Positions 25,830-37,836 of a stretch of 64,000 bases of DNA are shown here, one piece after another (within the stretch, counting starts at the first letter, position 1; each line of letters begins with the position of its first letter). A program made the position numbers and the translations under genes. Source of the DNA: Bigelowiella natans CCMP2755. Its lineage: Eukaryota; Protista; Cercozoa. The DNA is taken from positions 62,001 to 126,000 of the forward strand of contig ADNK01000029.1 in the NCBI GenBank assembly GCA_000320545.1, given 5' to 3'. The notes beneath the pieces were generated by a model. The model worked only from the letters and a program-made list of their open reading frames with translations, searched no databases and was not told where the DNA came from.

Positions 25830-26280
25830 TACATCCACACGTAGATCAACGTTGGGGACAACCGAGGGGGCACCAAGCAAGACTTTGGTCTCGACAGAAT
25901 CAGGGGCATCAAAAAATGAAGAGAAGCAGGAGATGCGACGACCAATTGTAACCGGATAATGCTATAAAATCCCCTCTGATTAGTATCTGCGACAATGCTA
26001 CATACAGAGAGACATCGATGTCATCCCTAATAAAAATCCGAGAGAGCGACTTGCTTTTGATCGTTGTCGTTCTTCATAAACCCAGGAAATATTAGTTGAA
26101 TTAACGCTGCGCGGCCCCTTGTCAAGATAACATAAGATGGTGGAATGAGGCTCTCCGGAATCGAAATTCGAGGTTACACCCCACTGTTGTTGTCGATTCA
26201 ACCCCGGATCGGTTTTTTCTTAATTTCTGATTCTTCTGTTCCTGTCTCGCTGCAATGATACAGGTTAAAAGAGAACTCGA

Positions 26281-28296
26281 ATGGCTGAAAGATCGGAAGA
26301 CATCTTTGGCGATGAGCCGATCAAGATTTTGGTCCAACGAGCGGGGAATGGTCGGCTCCAAGGAGAAAAATTGGAAGAAATTTCCCAAAAATTGAAGGGC
26401 GAAGGGTACAATACTTGTAAGGATCTTAGAACCAAACTAATTCAAGATCAAAGTGAAGCTACACAGGTGTGGAAATTTCGCTGTAGATATCATTACGAGT
26501 TAGCTTCTAATTCAAACAAAATTTTGCAGATCCTCAAGAAAGCTGGACTGGGATTAGCAGTTATAGTTCGAGCAAGAAGGCTGCTAGGAGATGTAAGACA
26601 AAAGCTCACCTTCCGCACTTCCTCCACACTCTCATTCTTCCTCACCTTCCTGTCTAATACCTCTTCACTCTTTGTTTTTCCAAACATTCGCTTGGCGATT
26701 GCGACATAGAACTATAAGGAGGGGGGGCCACCGAGATCTAGCCGACTGTCCGAAGCCAAGATCAATAATGGAACAAGAGTGGAGGGGAAAGGCGCCACAA
26801 TGAGGGGCCAAACCCCTCCTCCACCCACACGACCTGCGCCCTCGAGGCCGCCAGCCAGAGAGACGGCTGCACAGCGCAAGTTTCTAAAGCTACGCAATAC
26901 GTTTCTTGGTGGAAACTTGGTTGATATGGGCAAATATGAGTCCAACATTAGTTCCATTCAAAGCATCTCGTTGTGCACTGACGAGGCAGCGCTAGAAGCT
27001 CTTCTTGTCACGAAAAATGATGTCAACAAGGCTCTCAGCTATGTGATGAAACTTCTCCCATACGAACTCCGTACAAACTATTACCAATCAGCCCTGTACG
27101 AGGCGCAAAAGAAATATGGAGCATCCACATTTGTAGATGGAGCCAGCGACGTAAAGAGCAGCAGCGGTGACAACAGAAATAATAACGTTAACAGTAGCAG
27201 CAACGACGGTGGTAGTGATATTAACAGCCAATCAGAAGAGAAAAAGCACCCATTAAGAAAGAACGTTCACGTGGATATTGATGCCCCCCCCATTAATGAT
27301 GTGACCTCGAGTTCTAGTGCGACACGATATCTGACCGGGTACTCACGCGCTTTATTCGCACGAATCTGCCAGAATGGAAAGGATGATACCGACTTCAAAG
27401 CCTTCCTAAAGCAAGCCGAGACCAGTTGTACGAGCACTGACTCTGCAGGGGCTACTTTATTCGGGGATCTCTGTAAAAAATATGTAGGCAGCAAGAGAGT
27501 CTTTTTCCAGACCTCCCAAAGGTTGTTAATTTACGTGCTCGCAGTCCATCGTCCTCTTCTCCTTTTCATCCTCTATTTTGCCTACACCACAGTACACACA
27601 CATTCAAAAGCCGTTGCAAAAAAATCGGAAACAAACAGCGGTGTAATACCGCATGCCTCTACTGATATGGACCACAATAATATATATTTATGATGATGAT
27701 GATGATGATGATGATGATATTATGAAACTGTTGTTGGGCAGGTATGAGTTGGTCCACGACGTTCACTTGCTGAGTAGCTACCCTGCTACATCTTCGTCGT
27801 CCAATAAGTCGGGGGCGTCATCAAGCGTCGGTGTGGTGAGAAAGGGCAGTGCTGTTGTGGTCGCAAGAGTGGTAGGTGTCTCTGGCCCTTCTCCTGACCC
27901 CTGGGCACTGATTTACGAGCCGATAAGGGGTTGGCTCCCAGTATCCAAACTCAAGCTTCGAAAGCAGCAGGCGAAGAAGAGGAAGAATGAGAAGGTATCA
28001 GAATCGGGGAGGAAGAGATGATGAAGCATGAAATGGATGTTATTCGCTACGAGACTGTTAATTTTGTTGGATTCGAAACACAGTCTCGCCTCTGCATACT
28101 GTACAAAAAATTGTAATGAGTATTTCATATTATTAATATTCCGTATTATCTTTTTTCTGGATTTCTATCTTTCCCTCTTTCTCTTACGAATCCATATGCA
28201 TATGCACATATGTAATACCGAACTGTGCCCCCCCCTCTCCCGCCAGCACACATTATATCACTTAAAAATAAATATATATAAATATATACACACATA

Positions 28297-28327
<31 letters not shown>

Positions 28328-31300
28328 GTTTTATGCATGTGCCTACACGGTGTAAATGAAAATCCTTCCTCTCTCTCTGAATCTCTCTTTCTCCCCCCCG
28401 CTCCCATCAGCTGCCATGGTCTTCTGCTTCTGTATGCTCGTTGGAGTACCGTGATTTGCGAGAGCCCTTCGCGTTGCTGCACATCCTCGCACGCAGTGTG
28501 GAGCAATCGTTGGGAGTTTTTGAGTCCGCAAACTTTTGCAAAAAAGTCAAGTCTATGCTCGATTCTTTCTGTGAGTTGGTGGTGAAAGCGCCTATCTTAG
28601 GGGTCGCAGCCTTGGAAGACCTTGTGACACTGCTCCGGGCAGTAGTTGGCTTTGCTTCTTCGAAGAACTCGGCCGATGGTCCCTCTTCTTCGCTGTCAGC
28701 ATTGTCCTCCGGAATGCAGCAGGGAGTAATAAATGCAATCAACCGGTGTTATGCGGCAGCAATGTTGCACGTCATGCCGACAACCGAGCTCGAGCGCGAC
28801 TCGGATGTTGCTTGGTGGCTAAACTCTGGTTTGTTAGCTGGGGGGATCCATATCACAGCTGACGACGACCGACAGACAAAAATTTCATCGATAAGCATCG
28901 CGAATAGTTACGGTCCTGTATGGGCATCGCTTGCTGCATACGGCGACGACAGAGGAGAAGAGGAAGAGAATAAATCGTCGGGTTCTTCGCCACCCCCTCT
29001 TTCCGCCCCAAACTCATTGGAGAAGGAAGAGGACGCTTTCCTACGCTCTTTGTGTGCGGGCGAAACTAAAAATCTACTCTCCACCATTAAGAACATACGC
29101 ATGACCAACCGAGTTTTAAACCAGCTGGGGGGGAAGCCCGCTGAAAAGGCTATTTGGTGTATGTTCGCGGCCATGATTAAGCATACTGGGGAAGTTGCAT
29201 CTGCGAGGAAGCTCAATGAGAAAAAGATGCCTAGGCGGAGCGCAAGGGCATTAATGAATAGTCCGGTAGATACCCTCTGGAACATGGCGTTGAAAGCAGT
29301 TACAGGCGTTAGTAGACATCTCAAGTCAGAAGCCTTGGAGGAGAAAGAGGAGGGTGGTGAGGACGGAAAGGCTGGCAAGCCTTACACGGCAAAATGGGGC
29401 ACTCTCGACCAGTTCTGCGAGCGGATTTCGAAGGACTGTGAATTCCTCATCTCTGTCGTTGCCACGAGGCAGTGGCGCCACTCCCGCGACATGTTTGATG
29501 AGTTAAGTTTGGAGAATCAGTATCGAAGCTTGCTGCCAGAGTCTCAGATATCCACTCTAATCCCTGATGATGGCTTCAGAAGCGGTTCTTCCAGCCGCTC
29601 CGCCTCTCCCAGTGGAGTTTCACCATCAAGGAGGCGCCAAGCACGGCCGCATCGGCCGAGCTCAAGTGAGAGCGCGTCCCCCTCCTTCTTCACCCCAGCG
29701 AAGAAAAAAGGCGGCCTTGCAAGACTACGCAATGCGGTGCAAACCGTGCAGCGCATGAGACGAATGACCCGCATAAAGAAGAAGCTGGGTTCCCTATCGC
29801 TGCACATTGCGTATCAGATCCAGTCGCTTGTGGTAGGGGAAAAGAGACGAGAGCAGCGGCAGAAGCAGCATCGCAGCAACGAGAATGATCAGAAGAGCAG
29901 CAAGAGCCATGAGGAGAAAGAGCGAAGAGGGACGGTTGCAGATAAGGTGCATGAGGCCCTTGTAATAAGTAAAATACGAGGGGCAGCGAGGCTGATAGGT
30001 GTGCGGGCGATTCACGACACCATCCTCCTACTGCTGGAACACCGCCCTTCACTGCGTTGTTTCACTGAAAAAATCTCCGCGCTGATGATACAACGAGAAG
30101 GAAAAATAGAAAATGGAGGGAAAGCAGGCAGCGACGTGAAGCCAAAGGCAAAGCCACAGGAGAGCGGGTATGATGATGAGCTGTTCGATGAGCTGCTAGC
30201 CTCATTCGAGGAGGAGGATGATGATGATGATGAAATTGATGATGATAACGGTCATATAAAACGACCTTTGTTCCTCGGGCATTTCTTGGACGGAGCAGAG
30301 TGTCTTGTACGTGAGATCCGCGATGCGCTGGGGCGCCACTACTACGCCTCTGCTAGCATCCTTATAGCGTCGGCACTGCAACAAGATAGCAGGAAGAGCA
30401 AATCAGATGATGCCACCATGTTGAAGTGCGCGTTGAGGCTCGTGGACATGGGTGATAACCTTAGGCTGGGCGATCTTCCTCACCTTCAGTCTGTCGTTCT
30501 ACACGTCCTCAGCTCTATCCTTCCCTGCTCACATCTCGTGGCAGCGGTTGCCACCACGAGCACTCCCAACAGCGGCGGTGGGAGAGCCACAGAAAGCAAC
30601 CATATCGCAAGATTTGTCCCCCGCGAGACAAAGCTAGGCGCATGGTCAATGTTCCGGCGTATGTTCCGGTATGCGTTTATCACAGCGGCTGCGAAAGTCA
30701 GCACGGACGGAGACCAGCAGAAACGAATGGCTGTAGCGCAGTTTCAGGACACAATGTTCGATCGGGTAGTGTGGCAGATGCAGGGAATGGCGACTGCTGT
30801 AGGTCTTTGCTTCGAGGTCGTCGATGGTGGTGGAAGGCGGGGAGCTAGGGTTGTGCATAAATCTCCGGCTTGGGCTGGAAAGCTAGGAAGGCGATTCATG
30901 GACCTGACGCACGTAGATATGCAATGGGCAAGATGCCATCCTGATATTAAGAATGCGTCTTCAGACAGCAGCTCCTGCTGCGTGATGGAGGTTCTTTTAG
31001 CTATCACGCAGTTCCTTGGCCTGCTATTAGGAGCATCGACAAAAGTCGTGGCGAGCGGTGGTGGCAAGCAACGAGGGGCGGGTTCGCTGTTGAAGCATCT
31101 TTGCACGATGGATTTTGTGGATTTGGCCGCTGCTTTACTGAGCTCTCCTGCATGGTTGAAGCAACAGTCGATCGGTATGGGAGCAGTCCTGAGTGATGCT
31201 GACATGTCTCAGATATATGCCCTGAGTCTCGTGCAGACTTTGACCTGCAAATTACTGAGAAATGTCCTGGCGATGACCAAAGCCCCCCCCCGGAAAACTC

Positions 31301-34300
31301 TATTACTCGGTGGTTCCGGCAGCGAGCACAAGGGGGCATCCTCCCCCTCATGGTCGCCCTACCACACGCAGGAAGCGATCGGTTCGTGTTTGCGCGGCCT
31401 GTGGTTGCGAATCGGTGCGTATTGCAGCCCACCGCATCCCGATGGAGCCACTTTCCCACCGACAGAAGAGCAGCGGCGAATGTTCTGTTTCGACCAGGTG
31501 CTTTCATCGCGTCGCTCGGGCGGTATGGTGGATGAGGCGGTGGCGTTGTTCCGCGCGTTGCTGGCTCCTGTAAGTATCAAGATCGTTTGGGAGGATGCCA
31601 TTCACTCGTCTCCAAGAGAGCTTGATGTGTACGTTGGAGAGACCGTGGCTGCTCTCCGGAAGAGGCTAGAAACTATGTTCCCTCCCGACGATGACAATGA
31701 TGATGATGACAACAATAATCGTTTATGCCTCAAGTTGGACGGACGCGTGATGAAAGACGGGATGACCCTCCATGATTATGGCGTCATGCAGGAGACGCTG
31801 CTACGTATTTCCCGAGTTAGCGGTGACGGCGAAGGTCAGGACGGAGAGGCATCTAGTTGTGATGAGGCCAAGCAGCAGCAGGAGGTAGGTGGCGGCTGCC
31901 GATTGTGGAAGGACGCAGTCAACGACTTGATAAAGGAAGGCGTCATTGATACGCTGAAGCCTGTGCTTGATGCCCTGATTGGAGACACGCACAGACGAGT
32001 CGCGAATCTATCGCACAAATTGATGACGCTATACGCTGGGCTGGCAGTGCTTGGAGGGCACACCTTTTCCCTAAGGGAGGGTGCTCACGTGGTTGTACTA
32101 CGGGATGTCGGAGAGGGGGAGGCAGCAGAAGAAGAAGAGGGAGAGATTGTCAGTGTCCAGGAGGGCCGGCCACTCAGCAAACGCTCCTTGTTCAGCCAAA
32201 GGCCCCTTTCTTCTATGGAGATAGAATTCAGCTACACCGTGAGGCTTGCGAGCAACGGCAAGTTATTGTACGCTGTCGAGGCGAGCCAAATCAAGGCGGT
32301 TAGTCCTCTAGAAGTGGATGTCAAGGCGATTGCCAACAAATCGGCCCTCGTGGAGTCGCTCGCCTATGCGCTGCATCAATTTTGCTCCCTAGACGAGGTC
32401 ACTTACAATCGGCTGCAGACACAACCTGGAAATCTCCTCCACGTTGTCACCATTTGGCGGCGCTGCACCCAGGCTCTGTCGAAGCTCCTAGGAACGAGCG
32501 ATATGGTTGTACATGTGACCTCTGCGAACAAGGGCAGGCTCATCCCAAACCTAGCTGCCCTTTACAATCCATCGAAGAATCGTGCCGGAACTCCTTCGTC
32601 TAATGCAAAGGACAAAAAGGCGGCGAAGAAGAGTAGCGCCGATACAACAAACTCACAGGCTGACTTGGAGCTGCGACTTCTTGCATTACAAAAGGCCGAC
32701 CTGCACTTACCGATGGGAGGAGGCCGGGGAACAAAGATCGCCTGCTCGCTACGTGATTCTCTCGCTACTGACATGTTCAGTAGTCCTCCACAAAATCAGC
32801 AGCAGCAACAACGGCAGCAGCAGCGACAGCAACCACAAGCAACGGCCACTAAATCTGCCTGTCCTGTTTGCACGTTTGAGCAGCCGAGCTCAAACCTGAA
32901 ATGCTCTATCTGTATGTCGTGGATGGCTGAATCCGCAGTGTGCCCGCGATGTGCTAAGGTGTATCCTCTGGCGAGTATGGGAGCATGGGCGGCTTGTACA
33001 GACTGCCAGATCGAACTCAAAACGCTCCCCCCACGACAGCAGCAGCAACCGTCATCACAGCCAGCAATGTCGTCGCAGGAAAGAAGAACAACGACGGTGC
33101 CACTGGCAAAGGAGGAATGCTTCAGTGAGGGTGAGGCATGCTTCCTCAGTGCGATGGGGCTCCCGGAGAAATGGTGCCGCGACGCGCTGAAGCATGAGGA
33201 CTCCTCGATCAGCGGTGCGATTCGGCGACTTCTCAAAGACAATCTGAAGTATATTGAGTCCGACTTCCGATTGTACCTCGCCTACACCCAGCAGGGCAAC
33301 GACACCTCAGCGGTGAAGTCCAACCCAAATGCATTGCCAACAACGTTGACTCTGAGCGCCGCGGAGGCAAAAGCCCCAAGCACCAACCCGCTCCACCACA
33401 TCCTCGACTCGGCAAATGATGCCCTGGCCATTTCGCAAACACAGTATGAGGAAAAGAAGAAGGAGAGTAGCAGCTATGAAGATCGCAAAGGAGGAGGAGG
33501 TGCTGCTGCAGAAAAGACTAAGAAGAAGAACGGACGCTACTTTCCCTCTGCAGGTGAGATGGTGCGACACCACCCATCGAGTGGAATGTACAGCCAAAAA
33601 CAGCTCAAATCACAAGGTTGGCGCAGTATGATTGAGATGATGGTGAAGGTGGAGTCTGGCCTTATCAACATATACGCAAGAACGTGCATGTTCTCCGTGC
33701 TCACGAACATACCTATGGACGACATCAAGGCCATCAACGAGATGGCACGCCATCGCGTCTTCGAGAACTTTTTGAGGTTGTATGTAAAGCAGTTGGGTCG
33801 CAACTCTAGTGTTTCCTTCCTGGATAAGGATGGAGGGGGGGGGGGAGGGCCGAGAAATGATGAAATGTGGGTCGTGTTCCTTTCGCTCATAAAGAAAGAA
33901 ATACCAAGATTCTGCGAAAAGGCGGCTTCGTCGAATTTGATGACGGCGGATATGAGCAACCACATGTGGGAGAATTTTAGCCTTTCCGCACCGATTAGCT
34001 TTCAGCTGGTCACGACTGTCCTAGCAGAATTGCTAAAAGTGCTCAAAACTACAGTAATGGAACGCAAGAAATCCTCTTCTCCTACTCCTTCCCCGCCTTC
34101 CTCTCGGCAGTCATTGTCGATGAAGACTGTTGAATGGGTGCTTAGCGTATTCTTCGAAGTGATGAAGAGCGAACGGCAAGTGGGACAGAACAGCGTGCAG
34201 AATCAACACCAGCAGCACGCCAAGTATCGGCGCCAATTCTACGAGTCTTTGTGCCCCGAACAGTTGCTCAACGTCCTCGTCGAGATTATCATTGCCTCTT

Positions 34301-36426
34301 CAAAAGGTGCGGGGAGGTCTGCAGCAATGCAGCTTTTGTCACTGATCATAAACAACTCAGCAGGGGCAGTGCGCAGGCTTGGTGGCAACGTTGCAGTGCG
34401 AATTTCTGTAGCAAAAACAAAGCAGCTGCTACGCTTTATGTTCGAGGCTCACGACAAACAAGAGAAAGCCGGCGGCAGTAGCAAATGCTTCTCGCCTTTC
34501 TTGCAGGGTCTTATCGAGCTGAACGTGTCCATCTTCACTAACCTCTCCGTCGGTGATAGGGAGCGAGTGAGTTTCGAGGAAAAGCAGCGATGGTTTCAGG
34601 ATCTGTGCTACACGTACGAGGTGATGAGCGCGATGGCGAACGCGACAGAGACCAAGGTTCCAGAGAACTTTCTCTTCGAGGTCGTGAGGAAGAATCAAGC
34701 TTTCCAGCAGGAGGTCATGAACTTCCTTAACCTCAACAATTCCTTCTCCGCGGGGTGCGACGTGGAGCTGGTATCGCTGGTCAATGAGCTGTACATGAAG
34801 AAGGAAAAGGCCCACGCGAAGCCTGTGGAGTCGAGTGAGATCCTTCTGTCACCGCAGCAACGCATTCAATACCGTGATATCGAGTCGAAGAACATCTCCT
34901 TGCAGCAGCTGAAATGGAGATTTGCCGTTCTCTCCCTGTTCAACTTCAAAGTAAAGGAGGTGTTGCGGTACCTCAACCTGTCCCTCCAGCCAGGAGAGTC
35001 GGCATTAACGGATGCTGTGAGGCGCTGCCGTGGCATCATCTTCTGGTCTTCCAAGGAGCAGCTATGGCAGTCTGCGATCAAGGCGACACAAGTCAATACG
35101 GGGATTTCCTCCTCTGTGGGTAACAAGGGATTCACAATTACGATCGACAACAAGAAGGCACTTGCCTTGAAATCCAAGAAGGCGTACGACAAGAACAGCT
35201 CCGTGTCGGTCTTTGGCCAGCTATATCAGAAACTGAAAAACAAACCGGGTAAATTCTGGCGCCTACCCCCCCTTACCCGAGCATTCAAAGTCCAAGAGAA
35301 AGGCTTCTATTCCCATGACTTGGGAGGGCCATACCGCGATCTCCTCACCAACATCACGGACGAGCTGCAGAGCTCCGACCGAATCCTGAAGCTCCTTATG
35401 CCCTGCCCGAACATGAAGAGTAACGTGGGGAGAAATCTCGATGGTCGCATCCCCATACCTATACGGAACCTCAGCGCCTACGACCTACGGCAGAAGCTGA
35501 AGCTCTATGAGTTCATGGGCAAGATGATGGGGCTCTCGATACGAACGTGGACGTACCTGTCTCTCTGCCTCACCTCCGTTGTTTGGAAGCCATTGGTGCT
35601 GGACGCTGTGCAACCATCTGACATCGAGGCCATCAGCCGCGGCTCCTTCAAGATTATAGAGGACATTATGAAGATGGAGAAGAGCTTGCTGGAAAGCAAG
35701 GAGTCCAGGGAAGAACAGATGAAACAGTTTAATAAAAAATTCAGAAGCGTGAAATTCTGTCTTGTCGGCTCGGATGGGCAGACCTTCATGCTTAAGCCAG
35801 ACGGCGACGCGAAATCTGTCACATGGGACACAAGAACCGAATATATCGAGCTTGCAATGAGGGCAAAGCTGGAGGAGTTCTCCCGCCAATCCAACGCAAT
35901 TCTAAAGGGGCTTGCAACTGTGGTACCATATCAGTGCCTGTCGATTTTCACCTGGCATGAGCTGAGGGACCAAGTGTGCGGGCGCGTTACTATCGATTTG
36001 AAGCTGCTGAAGAAGCGGACTGTCTACCATGGCTATTACAAACCAAACAGAAACGAAAACAAGGAGGTGAAAGTGGGTCCCTCTGCTCCTCACGTCAAGT
36101 TATTCTGGGACATGGTCGAGAACAAAATGAACAACAAGCAAAGGTCGGAGCTGATTTTCTTCACGTGGGGAAGGACCCGCCTCCCTGCAAACGAAGACGG
36201 GTTTGGCGCAACAAAGTTTGCAATTAAAACGCACGGCCAGAGTCAAGAGCGGAGTAAGAATCCAAACGACTTCTTTCCGGTGGCTCACACCTGCTTTTTC
36301 CAGCTTGATCTTCCAGAGTACACCAATGCCGATGCTATGTACAAGAAATTCCTTTATGCAATGACAAACTGCAAGTACATCGATGGAGACGAAACGAGAC
36401 ACGCTCGGGAGCTTGCTGGCATGTGA
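26281..36426 (+). CDS. Large HECT-type E3 ubiquitin ligase (HERC-like HECT domain) with UBA-like, SH3-like, ubiquitin-like and zinc-finger modules
   Basis: 5' exons 26281-26466, 26530-26592, 26710-~27483 and ~27742-27994 (one junction unresolved), then a terminal exon 28411-36426. HECT motifs DLGGPYRD, FMGKMMGLSIR, LIFFTWGRTRLP and PVAHTCFFQLDLPEY (catalytic Cys). Ubl motif LKLDGRVMKDGMTLHDYGV. RanBP2/NZF-like finger CPVCTFEQPSSNLKCSIC. Confidence 0.9.
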
Positions 36427-36755
36427 TGAGCAGCAATGTTCTGTTCAACGGTAAGCTGAACATGTGAGCCTGGTGAACTAAATTATAAATGATCCTCAGT
36501 GTGTTGTAGATGGATGCGTATGATAATATGATTGTCAACATTGAATAAATGGGAGCGGATTATTTAGCCACTGCAGTCGTGTTCTTAAATGTATGTCTTA
36601 CATCACTGTACCAGTCCGATCCATGAAGCTCCTATGTCTAGATGTGAATATCGCCGTGTCGGCATGACTACAACCAGAATGACACAATTGCAATTGAATG
36701 TATGACATGCTAGCAAGCTAGCATGCCACAACGCATGCATGTGTGCTAGCATGTA

Positions 36756-37232
36756 CGCGATGACAGCACAGAAGCAGCTAGCTGCTCTAGCAGACAAAGC
36801 GCAACAAAGTGTGCACTCATCTAGCACTGCATGTGCATGTGATGCACACATGACACATTCTGCATTGCCATGGGTTGCCCGGTCATGTTCGACATGTGCA
36901 TCTGCATCTCATGATTGTGTCGAACCTCACGTGCGTGGAACTGACAATGCATGGCTCACACAGCTAGCCACGCTAGCACGCTAGACGTGCCGCATGGTGC
37001 TGCCACATGAGTCCATCTTTCATGCATTGGACGTGCAACAGCGCTGCGCAGCTTGTTGATGCAACGGTCATTCACCATCTTGTCAAGCCAGCCAGGGAGC
37101 TTGTGAGCAGTGCAGAAAGGTGCGTTGGTTCACAGACGCAGGTGCACGATGACGGAACAAAGAAACGCAGACGCTGACGACGCAAGCATCAATCCTGAGC
37201 AGGAATTGGAACAATGAACAATGATGAAAAAC
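36756..37232. other. TpA-depleted intergenic island 3
   Basis: Six TpA in 477 bp, all in CTAG. Confidence 0.9.
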
Positions 37233-37293
37233 TACGTTTCCAAAGTGTGATGAGGCACTTGCAATGTGCGAAATGCAGTGCCTCGAACTGGCT
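37176..37293 (+). repeat. Dispersed repeat, copy 2 (block B then block A)
   Basis: gacgacgcaagcatcaatcctgagcaggaa followed by gaacaatgaacaatgatgaaaaactacgtttccaaagtgtga...gaactggct. Homologous to 25787-25817 and 25600-25687. Confidence 0.85.
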
Positions 37294-37836
37294 TCGGAAG
37301 TGTTTTCGTGCGGGGACCCGCTAGACCGCCTGCCGCTTCTCTTGGTTAGGCCTGCCTGCTACTAGCTAGCTACGTCGCGACAAAAGATCTGGCCTACTTT
37401 AGGCCATTGTTCGATTGTCATCACAACCGAGATGCACACTGCGACGTGCAGTGTCTCCCATGCAAATGCAAATTCTGAGGCCATTTTCACCAAATTGTGT
37501 GTTTTCGGGAAGCTTGCTGATCAGTTCTGCATCACCCGAGACTAGTGTGACAACGATGGTGGCTGCTCCCGTGATGATGGTGGTCGCTCTCAGGGCTTTC
37601 TAAGGACTTGGGTCAGTCAAAAAAGCTTGCCTGATGTTCTAAGACGTCTCTATGTTTAACTGCAAGTCAATTCTTTGGATCTGATGTCCATTTTGCTGGC
37701 TGGTCAGGGGGGGGGGGGGGGTTCTCGATGCCGAAATAAGCAAGCACTACACAAATGTTCTTTTGCTTGGCGCGAGGAAATCCACGGATCCCAAGTTTTA
37801 ATTCTTGATTATCCATGAACCACCAGGAGAAGGGAG

